A stretch of DNA of 40,475 nt from a virus (IMGVR_UViG_2875713109_000005); one strand, 5' to 3'. Numbered from the stretch's first letter, positions 20,603-30,836 are shown. Notes: generated by a model not told the origin, from the letters alone. Program-made: numbers and translations.

Positions 20603-23175
20603 ACGGGAGACTCGCAGTTTGGACACTTTATGTTAATTGAAGACATAGGCATCAAAGACAAATAGGTCCAATACTCGCCATTCTTAATTAATCGTGTATT
20701 GCATGTACCACAGTGGGTATACACGGTAAAGTGTGTACACTCATTGCACCGATACCAACGCTTTTGATTATTTGAACTCATTGATTTCGTTACATCAACT
20801 ACTTTTTCAGACCCACAAGAAACACAAAAATTCACCGCATGAGTATCATCCGATGCTCCTCGAAAAGATGTATTGTCTTCAATGCCGTACTGTAGAAACA
20901 TCCCTAGCATACGTTGGATTTCATCAAGATAGCGTTGCGACTTCATTGGGTTTGCACATACTGCACCATAGTTTGTAGCTTGGCGTTGATGGCGTGCAGG
21001 TTCCCAATCAAACATGGATAGTTCGCCCAAATAACTGTCTTTCGCCCATTCCTGTGGAGAGACGACTTTCTCAACCGCATCTAACACGGGGTGAAGAACA
21101 AACACACTGTTCTCTTGGCATTCGCTATAATCTTTGCCGTTGTAAAGTTCATGGATAACCCCACCGATCCCACCTCTTTGCTTGAGATAGGCAGCAGAAT
21201 AGTACTTTGCATCGACGACTAACCGCTTTGAAATCTGGTTACCACTTTTGGTAATCGCTTCTACATCCAAAACAAAATCAGGGCGCTTACCATTTGCTAA
21301 GAACGGTTCGTATTGCAGAGTGATAGCTCTTGAAACACTTGGGTTGAAAAACTGAATGCTGATTTGTTCTTCATTGCCTTGAATATTCGCAATCAATTTT
21401 CGTTTCCAGTTGTCCTCTGGCTGATAGCGGAATGCCTGAGTCAGCACTTTGATGATTTGCAGCAAACACCAGCGTTCATAAAGTAGTGGCATGTTGACTA
21501 ACCCAATCGCTTCGATCTTCTCCAGCGAAAGCAAAATGTCCTCATCGGCCAAGCCAATCTGCTCTTTTAACTTTTTAAAACCCGAGTGAACCGCTTGATA
21601 GGCAGGGTTTTGCACAAAAGTCATAGAGTTAGGAAAGGTGCTTTTACTTTTGACTTTGCATTGACGCCATTCTTTTTCTATTTGCTGGAAAGGTTTCAGT
21701 TTTGGCTCAAGCGCTTTGTGTACGATTCCCACCTTTTCATGTTCAGTTGCGAAATAACCCAAGCGCTTATTGATGGTAGCACGTTCTTTTTCCTGTTCAG
21801 CGAGTTCATCTGTTGTCAGCTTCGCTTGCCAATCATTTTTACTTAGAGCAATGCCTTTATCACGCAATTTAGTGAAATTTTCTTGCTCTCTTTGAATAGA
21901 ACGAGACTCTGGTAATACGCAAATTCGTGAGATGTATTCTGGATACAAGACCACCGCTTTTCCCCTTCTTAACGGTAAAGGGATCTTCGCTTCTATCTCA
22001 TAGTCGCTATAAGCTTTAAACAAGCTGGCGTAATGATCTCTAGAATTAAAAATGGTATATCCATCTGGCTCAAACTGTTGCCAGTCATCATTTTGCGATA
22101 GTTTAATTTTAGCCCACCACTCATTCTCAGAGCCTGTTGCTTTTTCCAATCTTAGGTAACCTTTTTCAGAGTAACTTCGAGACAGATTAACGTTGATTTT
22201 CGCTAACTGTTCCGATAACTCGGCATTGATTACTTCTGTATCAAAGCGCTTTTTAAGTCGTTCTAAGTCTTTAACTACTAGGTCACGGTTGATAATACGA
22301 TAGTCTTTTAAACTGTCTAAACGCTCATTGAGCTTTTCAATAGCCCCAGAAAAACGACTCTTTTTGCTCTCAGCCACCTTAACCAATTGCTTTACAATGC
22401 TCAGCGTGCTCGAAACCACATACAGCACATACTGGTTTTCTGGCACGTTGTAACTCGGCTCAGATGCGCGGCTCGTTAAATGCTTACGCGAACCTTTGGT
22501 ACAAATCTCCATAAATGTACGTGGAACAGGACGTACTTCTTTTGCTGGCTTTAACGCTTGAATTTCTTTCAGTTCAACTTTGGGCTTTTTGAGGATGGTT
22601 TGTGCATTGCTAAGAATTGATGCGACTAATGACAGCGCTTCTTGGCCGATGGCTGCAACCTGTGAATTTTTAGCGTCGCCCGTGATATGACTATTCTCAT
22701 CGAGGATCAGCTCCCACAGGTCCGCTTTAAAATCTGACAGGTAACGTGAAAGATCCGATTTGGTCTGTTCGGAGATATCAATATCAAGCTTTAGTGTCGA
22801 GTTACCAATAACAAACGTGATCTGACCAGCCGTTCGCCTCGCTTCACTGCGCCACACCCGTTGTTTTGCGTCCCAATGAGCAGGCTCAACCCACCACACA
22901 GCATTAGATGCGGGATCGGTTATCGACTCTAACTGCTTTCTATCACCATTAGGCATGACAATGTAAGGCGGAGACTGATCACCCTGCTTAGTTTTTATCG
23001 CAAGTTGAGCAAAACGTAGCTCATCGACCTTAGGGTAGATGGTGGTGTGTGCGGAAAATGCATTGTTCCCCGTCTGCTCAAGCTTTAGCGAGTACTCCGA
23101 CTCGCTAACACTGACTAAGGTTTGCTTATCGTGCCATTTGGTCTCGATAAACTTGATAACGAATGGAGCTTCCAT
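20572..23175 (-). CDS. Large nuclease-like partner protein (867 aa as annotated): PD-(D/E)xK motif plus C-terminal CxxC zinc-ribbon cluster; 3' end replaced by IS903 sequence
   Basis: ATG lies 2 nt after the upstream ATPase stop. ...GKRPDFVLDVEAITKSGNQISKRLVVDAKYY gives PD (632-633) and D-A-K (655-657). Four CxxC pairs between 784 and 854. Central coiled-coil-like stretch. Last 9 codons and stop (20572-20602) come from the IS903 terminal repeat. Confidence 0.75.
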   Translation of the reverse strand: MEAPFVIKFIETKWHDKQTLVSVSESEYSLKLEQTGNNAFSAHTTIYPKVDELRFAQLAIKTKQGDQSPPYIVMPNGDRKQLESITDPASNAVWWVEPAHWDAKQRVWRSEARRTAGQITFVIGNSTLKLDIDISEQTKSDLSRYLSDFKADLWELILDENSHITGDAKNSQVAAIGQEALSLVASILSNAQTILKKPKVELKEIQALKPAKEVRPVPRTFMEICTKGSRKHLTSRASEPSYNVPENQYVLYVVSSTLSIVKQLVKVAESKKSRFSGAIEKLNERLDSLKDYRIINRDLVVKDLERLKKRFDTEVINAELSEQLAKINVNLSRSYSEKGYLRLEKATGSENEWWAKIKLSQNDDWQQFEPDGYTIFNSRDHYASLFKAYSDYEIEAKIPLPLRRGKAVVLYPEYISRICVLPESRSIQREQENFTKLRDKGIALSKNDWQAKLTTDELAEQEKERATINKRLGYFATEHEKVGIVHKALEPKLKPFQQIEKEWRQCKVKSKSTFPNSMTFVQNPAYQAVHSGFKKLKEQIGLADEDILLSLEKIEAIGLVNMPLLYERWCLLQIIKVLTQAFRYQPEDNWKRKLIANIQGNEEQISIQFFNPSVSRAITLQYEPFLANGKRPDFVLDVEAITKSGNQISKRLVVDAKYYSAAYLKQRGGIGGVIHELYNGKDYSECQENSVFVLHPVLDAVEKVVSPQEWAKDSYLGELSMFDWEPARHQRQATNYGAVCANPMKSQRYLDEIQRMLGMFLQYGIEDNTSFRGASDDTHAVNFCVSCGSEKVVDVTKSMSSNNQKRWYRCNECTHFTVYTHCGTCNTRLIKNGEYWTYLSLMPMSSINIKCPNCESPVALLNKSDFG

Positions 23176-23177
23176 GA

Positions 23178-25352
23178 TTACGCCCAGTAGTTCACAACGC
23201 CATCATTCGATTCAGCCGTTTTAACCAAACGCTCTACCGATTTGGTGCAAGAAAACTCCGCCGTTATCTCTGCTTGATTATCCAACAGCGACTCAAGGCG
23301 AGGCAAGAATACACGGCTAACAAGCTCAGCTTTACTGTAATCGCCTACTTGCTTATCACCATCAAATGTGAATTTTGGTAGCACCTTATGAACGATAAAG
23401 TTGTTGATGGCCAGAGACTTATTGTCGTTTACATCGCTAAACAAACTTACGTAGTTAAGCCCCTGTCGAATGGTACGCATACCAAACTCCACGCCAAGCG
23501 GATCAAAGACATCTCGGTTTAAGGTCGTAAACAACTCGCAGAATTCATTCGTACGTTCAAATTTCGGATAAGGGGTACGCTCACCAAGCTCTTCAATATC
23601 AAACACTAGCGGTAAAGTAACGTCGTCTAGCCCGTAAGAGTCAATCTCATCAAAAATCGCATCCCAGTCGGTCAGCAAAGGACTCTTAAACTTCATCACA
23701 TGCGCGCGGTCAAGAATTTTTGGTGAGAGGTAATGGGTTGTTTCGTCGATGTTGATAGCACCAATAATTCTTACGTTCGCTGGAATCGTGATTGACGAAG
23801 GCGTGCCGAGAACACCTGCCAACATGCGTCTGATATCACCGTGGTATTTAATCAGTGAGTCTTTATCGCTAAAGCCAAACGCGCGCTTCATTTCAGCGTT
23901 AATTTCTTCATCTTGCATGAGCGCAACGAAGTCCACGATGCCATTTTTGCTGAACTTTTCTTGCGCGTTAGAAATGACAGAAACAACCCCTTTTAGCTCG
24001 GCAAGAACGTGTGCAGCTTCATCATCCGAGTAAAGTTGAATGGTCGGTTGCTCGTTACGCTCCTCTAGCTTAGAAAGAAAGTCGGCAAAGTAATATTCCA
24101 CTCGGGCAAGGTTCATTTCGTCTAAACAGATGAAGTATGGGATATCTGGGTTTTGCTTAGCCTCGATCAATGCCTCAAGAAATGGTGTCACCAAATATTT
24201 CTTCTCTAGGGGATTGTAATAACCCAGCAAATCTTCTGAACTAGTCCAGTTAGGCTTGACCGGAATGATCTTCGATACCCCACCAATAGCCTTGGCAAAC
24301 GACTGAACCAGGTTTGTTTTGCCTGAGCCTGAGTCCCCCGCCAGAATGATGAGATCATGGGTGCGAATAAGCGTTAGGAAGTTCTCGATAATATGGCGCG
24401 GGTACAAGATATCTCGTTCTTTTAGGTGCGCTTGAATGTATGAAACGGCATCACTGTAGTTAGAATCAAAAGCTTGCGAAAAAGAGATATGCTCGTCACG
24501 ATCCTTATTAGACAAGGTGCTTCCAACAAAAAGGTCAAAATCGTCATCATCCAAAAACTCAAAGCTTTTTAGGAATCCAGCCTTACTTTCGACATAAGCT
24601 TTTAAGCGTTCAATTTTTTTAGACATTGTTTCTTCTGCCTTCTTTTGCAATGCGATTTTGTGTTGCCATTCAGAGTGTTCAACTTCCAGCTTTTGGGCTT
24701 TCGCAATTGCCTGAGAGAGAACGTTATTTTTTTGATTTAGGTCATCTTGGACATGTTGAAGCTGATCTTTATATGACGATATCTGAGCCTTCAATGAGGA
24801 TTCTTCGCGCTCAAATTCTGCGTTAAGTGCAGTCACTTCGCTGTCAATTCTTGATTGAACGTTCTGTAAATGCTGCTTGTAAACAGCTTCATCAAGGAAG
24901 ATGTTTTCATCACCTTTGATGATGTCATTCGCCGTATATTCAGGAAGTTTGATAAGTCGACGGACTGAACTTACTACCACATTGCATTCGAACGGGTTTT
25001 CATGTTTTTCGCGTTCAGATTGAGGCGCTAAAGCAAGCTCGCATGAGACAAAACTCCCATCTTCCAAGCCAAATAACTCTTCGACACTTTTGAAGGAAAC
25101 AAAAACACCTTTGTCCATCGTCAAACGAACATTAATGGGATATTCAGTATCCAGTCCCGTTTGGAGGGATTTAATCTCTAAAAGACGGGTTGGGAGCTTT
25201 CTGCTATCGGAATCTGGGCCATTTAGAATCTTGCCCCAAACTGCCAGTTTTCCATTCGTAATCCCCCAACTCTCACAAAGGCATTGATAAAGCTCTTCAT
25301 CAGAGAACCCTTTAACCTCTTCAAGATTGTAGATAACTTGTTCTAAGGCCAT
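23178..25352 (-). CDS. P-loop AAA+ NTPase, McrB/AAA_5-like, with N-terminal domain and coiled coil (724 aa)
   Basis: Walker A LAGDSGSGKT (338-346), Walker B FICLDEMNLA (407-416) with the DE-x-N pattern of AAA_5/McrB proteins, sensor-like RIIGAINIDETT (528-539). Heptad-rich region about 165-255. Confidence 0.8.
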   Translation of the reverse strand: MALEQVIYNLEEVKGFSDEELYQCLCESWGITNGKLAVWGKILNGPDSDSRKLPTRLLEIKSLQTGLDTEYPINVRLTMDKGVFVSFKSVEELFGLEDGSFVSCELALAPQSEREKHENPFECNVVVSSVRRLIKLPEYTANDIIKGDENIFLDEAVYKQHLQNVQSRIDSEVTALNAEFEREESSLKAQISSYKDQLQHVQDDLNQKNNVLSQAIAKAQKLEVEHSEWQHKIALQKKAEETMSKKIERLKAYVESKAGFLKSFEFLDDDDFDLFVGSTLSNKDRDEHISFSQAFDSNYSDAVSYIQAHLKERDILYPRHIIENFLTLIRTHDLIILAGDSGSGKTNLVQSFAKAIGGVSKIIPVKPNWTSSEDLLGYYNPLEKKYLVTPFLEALIEAKQNPDIPYFICLDEMNLARVEYYFADFLSKLEERNEQPTIQLYSDDEAAHVLAELKGVVSVISNAQEKFSKNGIVDFVALMQDEEINAEMKRAFGFSDKDSLIKYHGDIRRMLAGVLGTPSSITIPANVRIIGAINIDETTHYLSPKILDRAHVMKFKSPLLTDWDAIFDEIDSYGLDDVTLPLVFDIEELGERTPYPKFERTNEFCELFTTLNRDVFDPLGVEFGMRTIRQGLNYVSLFSDVNDNKSLAINNFIVHKVLPKFTFDGDKQVGDYSKAELVSRVFLPRLESLLDNQAEITAEFSCTKSVERLVKTAESNDGVVNYWA

Positions 25353-25599
25353 GATTTCTATTCAAAAAATAAATAAAGGGATTACCTAAGTGTTGCAAAC
25401 TCAACACATCTACATCTAGAGAAAAACAGGTTTAGCTTTGCTTCTTATCTAGCATTTTTTAGCGAGATAATCGCCAACGAGCATTTCAATAAATTCTTTA
25501 AGCTCCTGATATTAAACACCATAAGTCTAATATGGCAACAGTTTCTATAATCGCGTTTCGCGAATCCGTGTGACCTGCCCCCAGGATTAGATACAACCG

Positions 25600-26433
25600 T
25601 CAGTTAGTAAGGTCGGTTTGTTTACCTTCACATTTTCCATTTCGCCACCGTGCTGCAAACTCTGATGGCGTCTGATAATTCAGTGCTGAATGTGGACGAC
25701 ACTCGTTATAATCCTGCCGCCAGTCATTAATGATTTTCCTTGCGTGAACGATATCGCTGAACCAGTGCTCATTCAGGCATTCATCGCGAAATCGTCCGTT
25801 AAAGCTCTCAATAAATCCGTTCTGCGTTGGCTTGCCCGGCTGGATTAAGCGCAACTCAACACCATGCTCAAAGGCCCATTGATCCAGTGCACGGCAAGTG
25901 AACTCCGGCCCCTGGTCAGTTCTTATCGTCGCCGGATAGCCTCGAAACAGTGCAATGCTGTCCAGAATACGCGAGACCTGAACGCCTGAAATCCCAAAGG
26001 CAACAGTGACCGTCAGGCATTCCTTTGTGAAATCATCGACGCAGGTAAGACACTTGATCCTGCGACCGGTGGAAAGTGCGTCCATGACGAAATCCATCGA
26101 CCAGGTCAGATTGGGCGCCGCCGGACGGAGCAGCGGCAGACGTTCTGTTGCCAGCCCTTTACGACGTCTTCTGCGTTTTACGCCCAGGCCACTGAGGTGA
26201 TAAAGCCGGTACACGCGCTTATGATTAACATGAAGCCCTTCACGGCGCAGCAATTGCCAAATACGACGGTAGCCAAAACGCCTGCGCTCCAGTGCCAGCT
26301 CAGTGATGCGCCCTGATAAATGCGCATCAGCAGCCGGACGGTGAGCCTCATAGCGGCAGGTCGACAGGGACAAACCTGTAAGCCTGCAGGCACGACGTTG
26401 CGACAGACCGGTCGCATCACACATCAGCATCAC
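25600..26433 (-). CDS. IS3-family transposase OrfB (DDE/rve integrase domain), probably expressed as an OrfAB frameshift fusion
   Basis: Contains LTWSMDFV...[10 protein letters not shown]...[14 protein letters not shown] integrase-core residues. Overlaps the orfA frame. Confidence 0.8.
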   Translation of the reverse strand: MMLMCDATGLSQRRACRLTGLSLSTCRYEAHRPAADAHLSGRITELALERRRFGYRRIWQLLRREGLHVNHKRVYRLYHLSGLGVKRRRRRKGLATERLPLLRPAAPNLTWSMDFVMDALSTGRRIKCLTCVDDFTKECLTVTVAFGISGVQVSRILDSIALFRGYPATIRTDQGPEFTCRALDQWAFEHGVELRLIQPGKPTQNGFIESFNGRFRDECLNEHWFSDIVHARKIINDWRQDYNECRPHSALNYQTPSEFAARWRNGKCEGKQTDLTN

Positions 26434-26456
26434 GGCTTCCCGCTTCTGGTCTGTCG

Positions 26457-26720
26457 TCAGTACTTTCGCCCAAGAGCCACCTGAAGCGCCTCTTTATCCA
26501 GCATGGCTTCGGCAAGCAGCTTCTTGAGTCTGGCGTTCTCTTCCTCAAGCGACTTCAGGCGCTTAACTTCAGGCACCTCCATACCGCCATACTTCTTACG
26601 CCAGGTGTAAAACGTGGCATCGGAAATGGCATGCTTGCGGCAGAGTTCACGGGCGGGTACCCCAGCTTCGGCTTCGCGGAGAATACTGATGATCTGTTCG
26701 TCGGAAAAACGCTTCTTCAT
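26457..26720 (-). CDS. IS3-family transposase OrfA (HTH plus leucine zipper)
   Basis: 87 aa [46 protein letters not shown]... typical IS3-family OrfA, close to IS407-group OrfA as recalled. Confidence 0.8.
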   Translation of the reverse strand: MKKRFSDEQIISILREAEAGVPARELCRKHAISDATFYTWRKKYGGMEVPEVKRLKSLEEENARLKKLLAEAMLDKEALQVALGRKY

Positions 26721-26797
26721 GGGGATGTCCTCATGTGGCTTATGAAGACATTACTAACATCGGGGTGTACTAATCAACGGGGAGCAGGTCATAGTCT

Positions 26798-26873
26798 ATG
26801 GGCACACCACGTTTTACCCCTGAATTTAAGGAAGAAGCTGTCCGCCAAATCACCGAGCGGGGCTATTCCATCT
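26798..26873 (+). pseudogene. Possible 5' remnant of another IS3-family orfA, truncated by IS903
   Basis: Encodes MGTPRFTPEFKEEAVRQITERGYSI, resembling IS3-family OrfA N-termini. Cut off by the IS903 terminal repeat at 26874. Confidence 0.35.
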
Positions 26874-28260
26874 GGCTTTGTTGAATAAATCAGATTTCGG
26901 GTAAGTCTCCCCCGTAGCGGGTTGTGTTTTCAGGCAATACGCACGCTTTCAGGCATACCTGCTTTCGTCATTTTGTTCAGCGCTCGTACCAGGGCCATAG
27001 CCTCCGCAACCTGACCATCGTTACCCGGTACATCGCCGTTTCCGCTATCGAGCGACGGTTGTAATCTGTTGTCCATTTCCACCGCGCATTACTCCCGGTC
27101 ATTCGCTGATTAGCCACTGCACGGTTACGGTCTGCATATTCACCGGGCCAGTAACCCGCACCTTTTCGGGGAGGGATAAGNGCGCTGATTTTCTTACGCC
27201 GCAGTTCATCGTGACAGAGCCGGGTGTCGTAAGCGCCGTCTGCCGATGCTGCCCTGATTTTTCTGTGAGTCTGCCGGATAAGACCCGGGAAGGCTTCTGA
27301 GTCCGTCACATTGTTCAGCGACAGGTCTGCACAGATGATTTCATGTGTGTTGCTGTCAACTGCCAGATGCAACTTTCGCCATATACGACGGCGTTCCTGG
27401 CCATGCTTTTTGACTTTCCACTCGCCTTCACCAAAGACCTTCAGCCCGGTGGAATCAATCACCAGATGCGCGATTTCACCCCGGGTGAACGTTTTGAAAC
27501 TGACGTTAACCGACTTTGCCCGCCTGCTGACACAGCTGTAATCCGGGCANGATGATTTCATGTGTGTTGCTGTCAACTGCCAGATGCAACTTTCGCCATA
27601 TACGACGGCGTTCCTGGCCATGCTTTTTGACTTTCCACTCGCCTTCACCAAAGACCTTCAGCCCGGTGGAATCAATCACCAGATGCGCGATTTCACCCCG
27701 GGTGAACGTTTTGAAACTGACGTTAACCGACTTTGCCCGCCTGCTGACACAGCTGTAATCCGGGCAGCGNANCGGAACNTTCATCAGNGNAAAAATGGAA
27801 TCAATAAAGCCCTGCGCAGCGCGCAGGGTCAGCCTGAATACGCGTTTAATGACCAGCACAGTCGTGATGGCAAGGTCAGAATAGCGCTGGGGCCTTCCCC
27901 GTGATGAAGGCGTTGCCGACTCATACCAGGCCTGAATCGCCCCATCATCCAGCCAGAAAGTGAGGGAGCCACGGTTGATGAGAGCTTTGTTGTAGGTGGA
28001 CCAGTTGGTGATTCTGAACTTTTGCTTTGCCACGGAATGGTCTGTGTTGTCGGGAGGATGCGTGATCTGATCCTTCAACTCAGCAAAAGTTCGATTTATT
28101 NNNNNNNNNNNNNNNNNNNNNCGGTTGATGAGAGCTTTGTTGTAGGTGGACCAGTTGGTGATTCTGAACTTTTGCTTTGCCACGGAATGGTCTGTGTTGT
28201 CGGGAGGATGCGTGATCTGATCCTTCAACTCAGCAAAAGTTCGATTTATTCAACAAAGCC
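26874..28260 (-). mobile_element. IS903 copy, scrambled in this assembly (N runs and exact internal duplications)
   Basis: IS903 terminal repeats at 26874 and (reverse complement) ending 28260. Transposase reading frames present but interrupted by N at 27181, 27550, 27770-27790 and 28101-28121; segments duplicated (27343-27549 = 27560-27767; 27973-28100 = 28122-28250). About 1.39 kb versus about 1.06 kb for IS903. Confidence 0.75.
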
Positions 28261-28742
28261 CCAACCAATTAGCAATTCGCTTTTCGCATGTGCTAAAACA
28301 CCACTCTGGGTGTGCATCATTTAGCAATTCAGCCATTTTGCGTTTGGTCATCCCCCGCCCCTCATACCGTTGCCGAAGGACGCTAATCAATCCTGGATGC
28401 TCTGCCAGCACCTCACTTATGACCCGATCAATACATAACGCCTCTGCATCAGTACAATGCGCCAGCCAGCTCTTTTGCTTACCGTTAATCATATCCCGCA
28501 AAAAAGCCTCAAGTTCAGACTTGTTCAGACCTGCTTTTTTCATCCTCCGGAGCGCCTCGTTAATTGCCGTTTTTGTCAGCTTTTTAGAGGCCAACAACTG
28601 GTTGAACATATTCCCCGTCTTACCGCCGCCAATATACGACCAGCGCCCCCACATGCGCAGTTTTCCCTGAATCCAGACACTTTCCAGCGTGGTGAGACGA
28701 AGGTGTTCCCCGCTTTTGCCTGTATTTGTTGGGTAAATCATA
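28250..28742 (-). CDS. Putative late-gene regulator (antiterminator Q-like by position); 3' end abuts or is altered by IS903
   Basis: 164 aa from MIYPTNTGKSGEH...; start overlaps the upstream stop as ATGA. Lies directly downstream of nin-type genes where lambdoid phages encode Q. Last codons and stop fall in the IS903 terminal repeat. Family not confirmed. Confidence 0.4.
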
Positions 28743-29028
28743 AATAACCTTCCTTTCTCCAGATTTCTTGCGTGCGAAAAACACCTTCTGCATGCATCAG
28801 GCGTAAATCTTCTTTGGTGTAATCGCTTGTTTTTACCCGCCCGTCGATTAAATCGTGGCATGAGCTACAGGCAATCGCCGCCTGCATATCGTGTGGTTTT
28901 GTCGCTGTTCCGCACGTTCCCGCCAGTCGGTAATGCGCCAGCACAGACGTTTCCGGATCGTGATTGCAGTAGCCAAGAATTCTGACGGTGCACATCCGCC
29001 CCCGCGCCGCTTTACGTAAATCCACCAT
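28738..29028 (-). CDS. YbcO-like DUF1364 protein (putative phage nuclease, nin region)
   Basis: 96 aa MVDLRKAARGRMCTVRILGYCNHDPETSVLAHYRL...CSSCHD, cysteine/histidine-rich. Resembles DLP12 YbcO as recalled. Confidence 0.6.
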   Translation of the reverse strand: MVDLRKAARGRMCTVRILGYCNHDPETSVLAHYRLAGTCGTATKPHDMQAAIACSSCHDLIDGRVKTSDYTKEDLRLMHAEGVFRTQEIWRKEGYL

Positions 29029-29627
29029 TACGCAAACTCCAGCAGCTGCGCGGCCACATTTTCGACTTGTTCCGGAGAGGAAAATTTACGGAACAGAATC
29101 CAGTTCCACAGCACATTCAGAACAGATTTATAAACCTGCTGAAACTCGGTTTCGTCCATATTCGCAAAAGCGATAGATTTTGCCCGACGCCCGCGGCTAC
29201 CGTCCGGATAAAAATGTTCGGTGTAAAATCCAGCCTGAATGGTTACCCACTCGCGAAAAGCCTCAAACGACTTTAGCAATGCCGTATCCCGGGTTCTGCG
29301 TGTCGCAACTGTATTCAGATATTGCTCTGCGGCTTCGCTCAGAGCTGGCGTATGTTCCCGGCCTACTGATTCACATAGGTAATCAACGAATCCTGAAACC
29401 AGCTTTCGTTCGCGAGGCGTGATCGCCCCACCGACCGGAGTCCAGTAATCGAATCCCAGTTGCAGGAGTTTGAAAAAACGCTTGTGGAATGCGTAGTTAC
29501 GCACACGCTTAAAGTCTGCGTGTATCCACTCGCCTATTTTGATTTGATGCAAAAAATCGCAACTCTCCGGCGTCGCCGGGAGAAGTAGTCCAGAAGAGGT
29601 TTGTTTGACCAGTTGTATATGCGCCAT
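29028..29627 (-). CDS. Hypothetical nin-region phage protein (199 aa)
   Basis: ORF immediately upstream of and overlapping the YbcO-like gene. No motif recognised with certainty. Confidence 0.5.
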   Translation of the reverse strand: MAHIQLVKQTSSGLLLPATPESCDFLHQIKIGEWIHADFKRVRNYAFHKRFFKLLQLGFDYWTPVGGAITPRERKLVSGFVDYLCESVGREHTPALSEAAEQYLNTVATRRTRDTALLKSFEAFREWVTIQAGFYTEHFYPDGSRGRRAKSIAFANMDETEFQQVYKSVLNVLWNWILFRKFSSPEQVENVAAQLLEFA

Positions 29628-29905
29628 TTCTCAATCTCTCGATGGCGCAGTGCAGCAGATGCCAGTTGTTCAGGCTGACGAATAAAGTATAAATAAACTG
29701 GCTATGGTGTAAAGCTCCACATAACATGAACAAACACTACATATCAAATAGCTGATACAAGGATAGAAATACAACACTTATTATTAAAAACGATTAGATA
29801 AATTACATTTTAATGTTATGAAAAAGTTCTTTTTTATCATAACATTTCAACAAAAGCATTACAGATGCACATCCCGTCATCATCAATTATTTAAGGTGGT
29901 TAAAC

Positions 29906-29992
29906 ATGGAAAATAACAACTATGCACATCTCGCTCCTTTTTTATCCGTAATCCTTTTCGCTGGCTGTTTTATATGGGCATTATTTTTATAA
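29906..29992 (+). CDS. Possible small hydrophobic peptide (28 aa)
   Basis: AAGGTGG RBS-like sequence 8 nt upstream of the ATG. Encodes MENNNYAHLAPFLSVILFAGCFIWALFL (one TM helix). Within a long AT-rich intergenic stretch. Confidence 0.2.
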   Translation: MENNNYAHLAPFLSVILFAGCFIWALFL

Positions 29993-30494
29993 AGTAGCCG
30001 CATGATTAGTTTCTGGAATCATGTTTCCCACTCAAATCATTAACATTTGATAAGATATATCTAAAAGGATGCCTTTACATTATTTGATGCGTATATGATT
30101 TATTTATATGCACAGTAAAGGCATCCTGGAAATAATCAAGATTAATGATATATTGCTTATCTCATCCCCCACTGTCTTTCACCCGGAAAACATTTATCGT
30201 TAAAAATATATCATAAGTAATTAAATTGAAATTTCAGAACACAACTAATGCACACAATAAGATTCAGTAACAGTAATCTATGCGGACTATATCGAGATTT
30301 TTTAGTTAAACTTTAATAAGTTATTCCTAACACACAGAATGCACAAACTAAAAGTAAAACAAATAGTTATACGAAAAACAACCATATTGATTCTATCTTC
30401 TCCTCTAATCAACATATCAATTATGTGTTTCATAACAGCTTGACATAACCCTCAAAAAGGTGCATTTATAATGCATGTTTTATGGGAGGTGGTT

Positions 30495-30836
30495 ATGACA
30501 CACAAGAGAATTCCTAAAGACTGGGTAATCAAACGCTCAACTCCGTTCTTCACAAAAGAGAACGTACCTTCAGCGTTATTAACACATCATAATACAGCAG
30601 CAGGTGTTTTTGGACAGTTATGCGTGATGGAAGGTACTGTAACATATTATGGTTTTGCTGATGAGAATGCTACTGAACCGGAGATAAAAGTAGTCATTAA
30701 TGCTGGCGCTTTTGCAACAAGCCCACCACAATACTGGCACCGTGTTGAACTAAGCGATGATGCTCAGTTTAATATTAACTTTTGGGTAGCTCCAGACTTC
30801 TCAGGCGAAAAAGTCTATACCGCAAAAAAAGAATAG
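30495..30836 (+). CDS. YeaR-like DUF1971 protein (TehB-related domain)
   Basis: 113 aa from MTHKRIPKDWVIKRSTPFFTKENVP... with GGAGGTGG RBS. Resembles E. coli YeaR as recalled (RSTPF..., ...YYGFADENATEPE..., ...FNINFWVAP). Confidence 0.65.
   Translation: MTHKRIPKDWVIKRSTPFFTKENVPSALLTHHNTAAGVFGQLCVMEGTVTYYGFADENATEPEIKVVINAGAFATSPPQYWHRVELSDDAQFNINFWVAPDFSGEKVYTAKKE

Larger units (their letters stand above)
25571..26791 (-). mobile_element. IS3-family insertion sequence (IS407-group-like), about 1.2 kb
   Basis: Imperfect terminal inverted repeats TGACCTGCCCCCAGGATTAGATAC (25571-) and TGACCTGCTCCCCGTTGATTAGTAC (reverse complement ending 26791). Two overlapping ORFs; DDE motif in orfB. No obvious target duplication. 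Confidence 0.8.

Noticed and set aside
20572-25352. Calling the two-gene system a plain McrBC type IV restriction enzyme
   Set aside because: The NTPase has an N-terminal coiled-coil region rather than an obvious McrB-type DNA-binding domain, and the partner is more than twice the size of McrC with zinc ribbons; only the weaker call of a McrBC-related, possibly CoCoNuT-like system is supportable without profile searches.
28250-28861. Longer 203-aa form of the Q-like ORF starting at 28861
   Set aside because: The upstream 40 codons overlap the 3' end of the YbcO-like gene in another frame; the internal ATG at 28742 forms an ATGA stop-start overlap and is the more plausible start.
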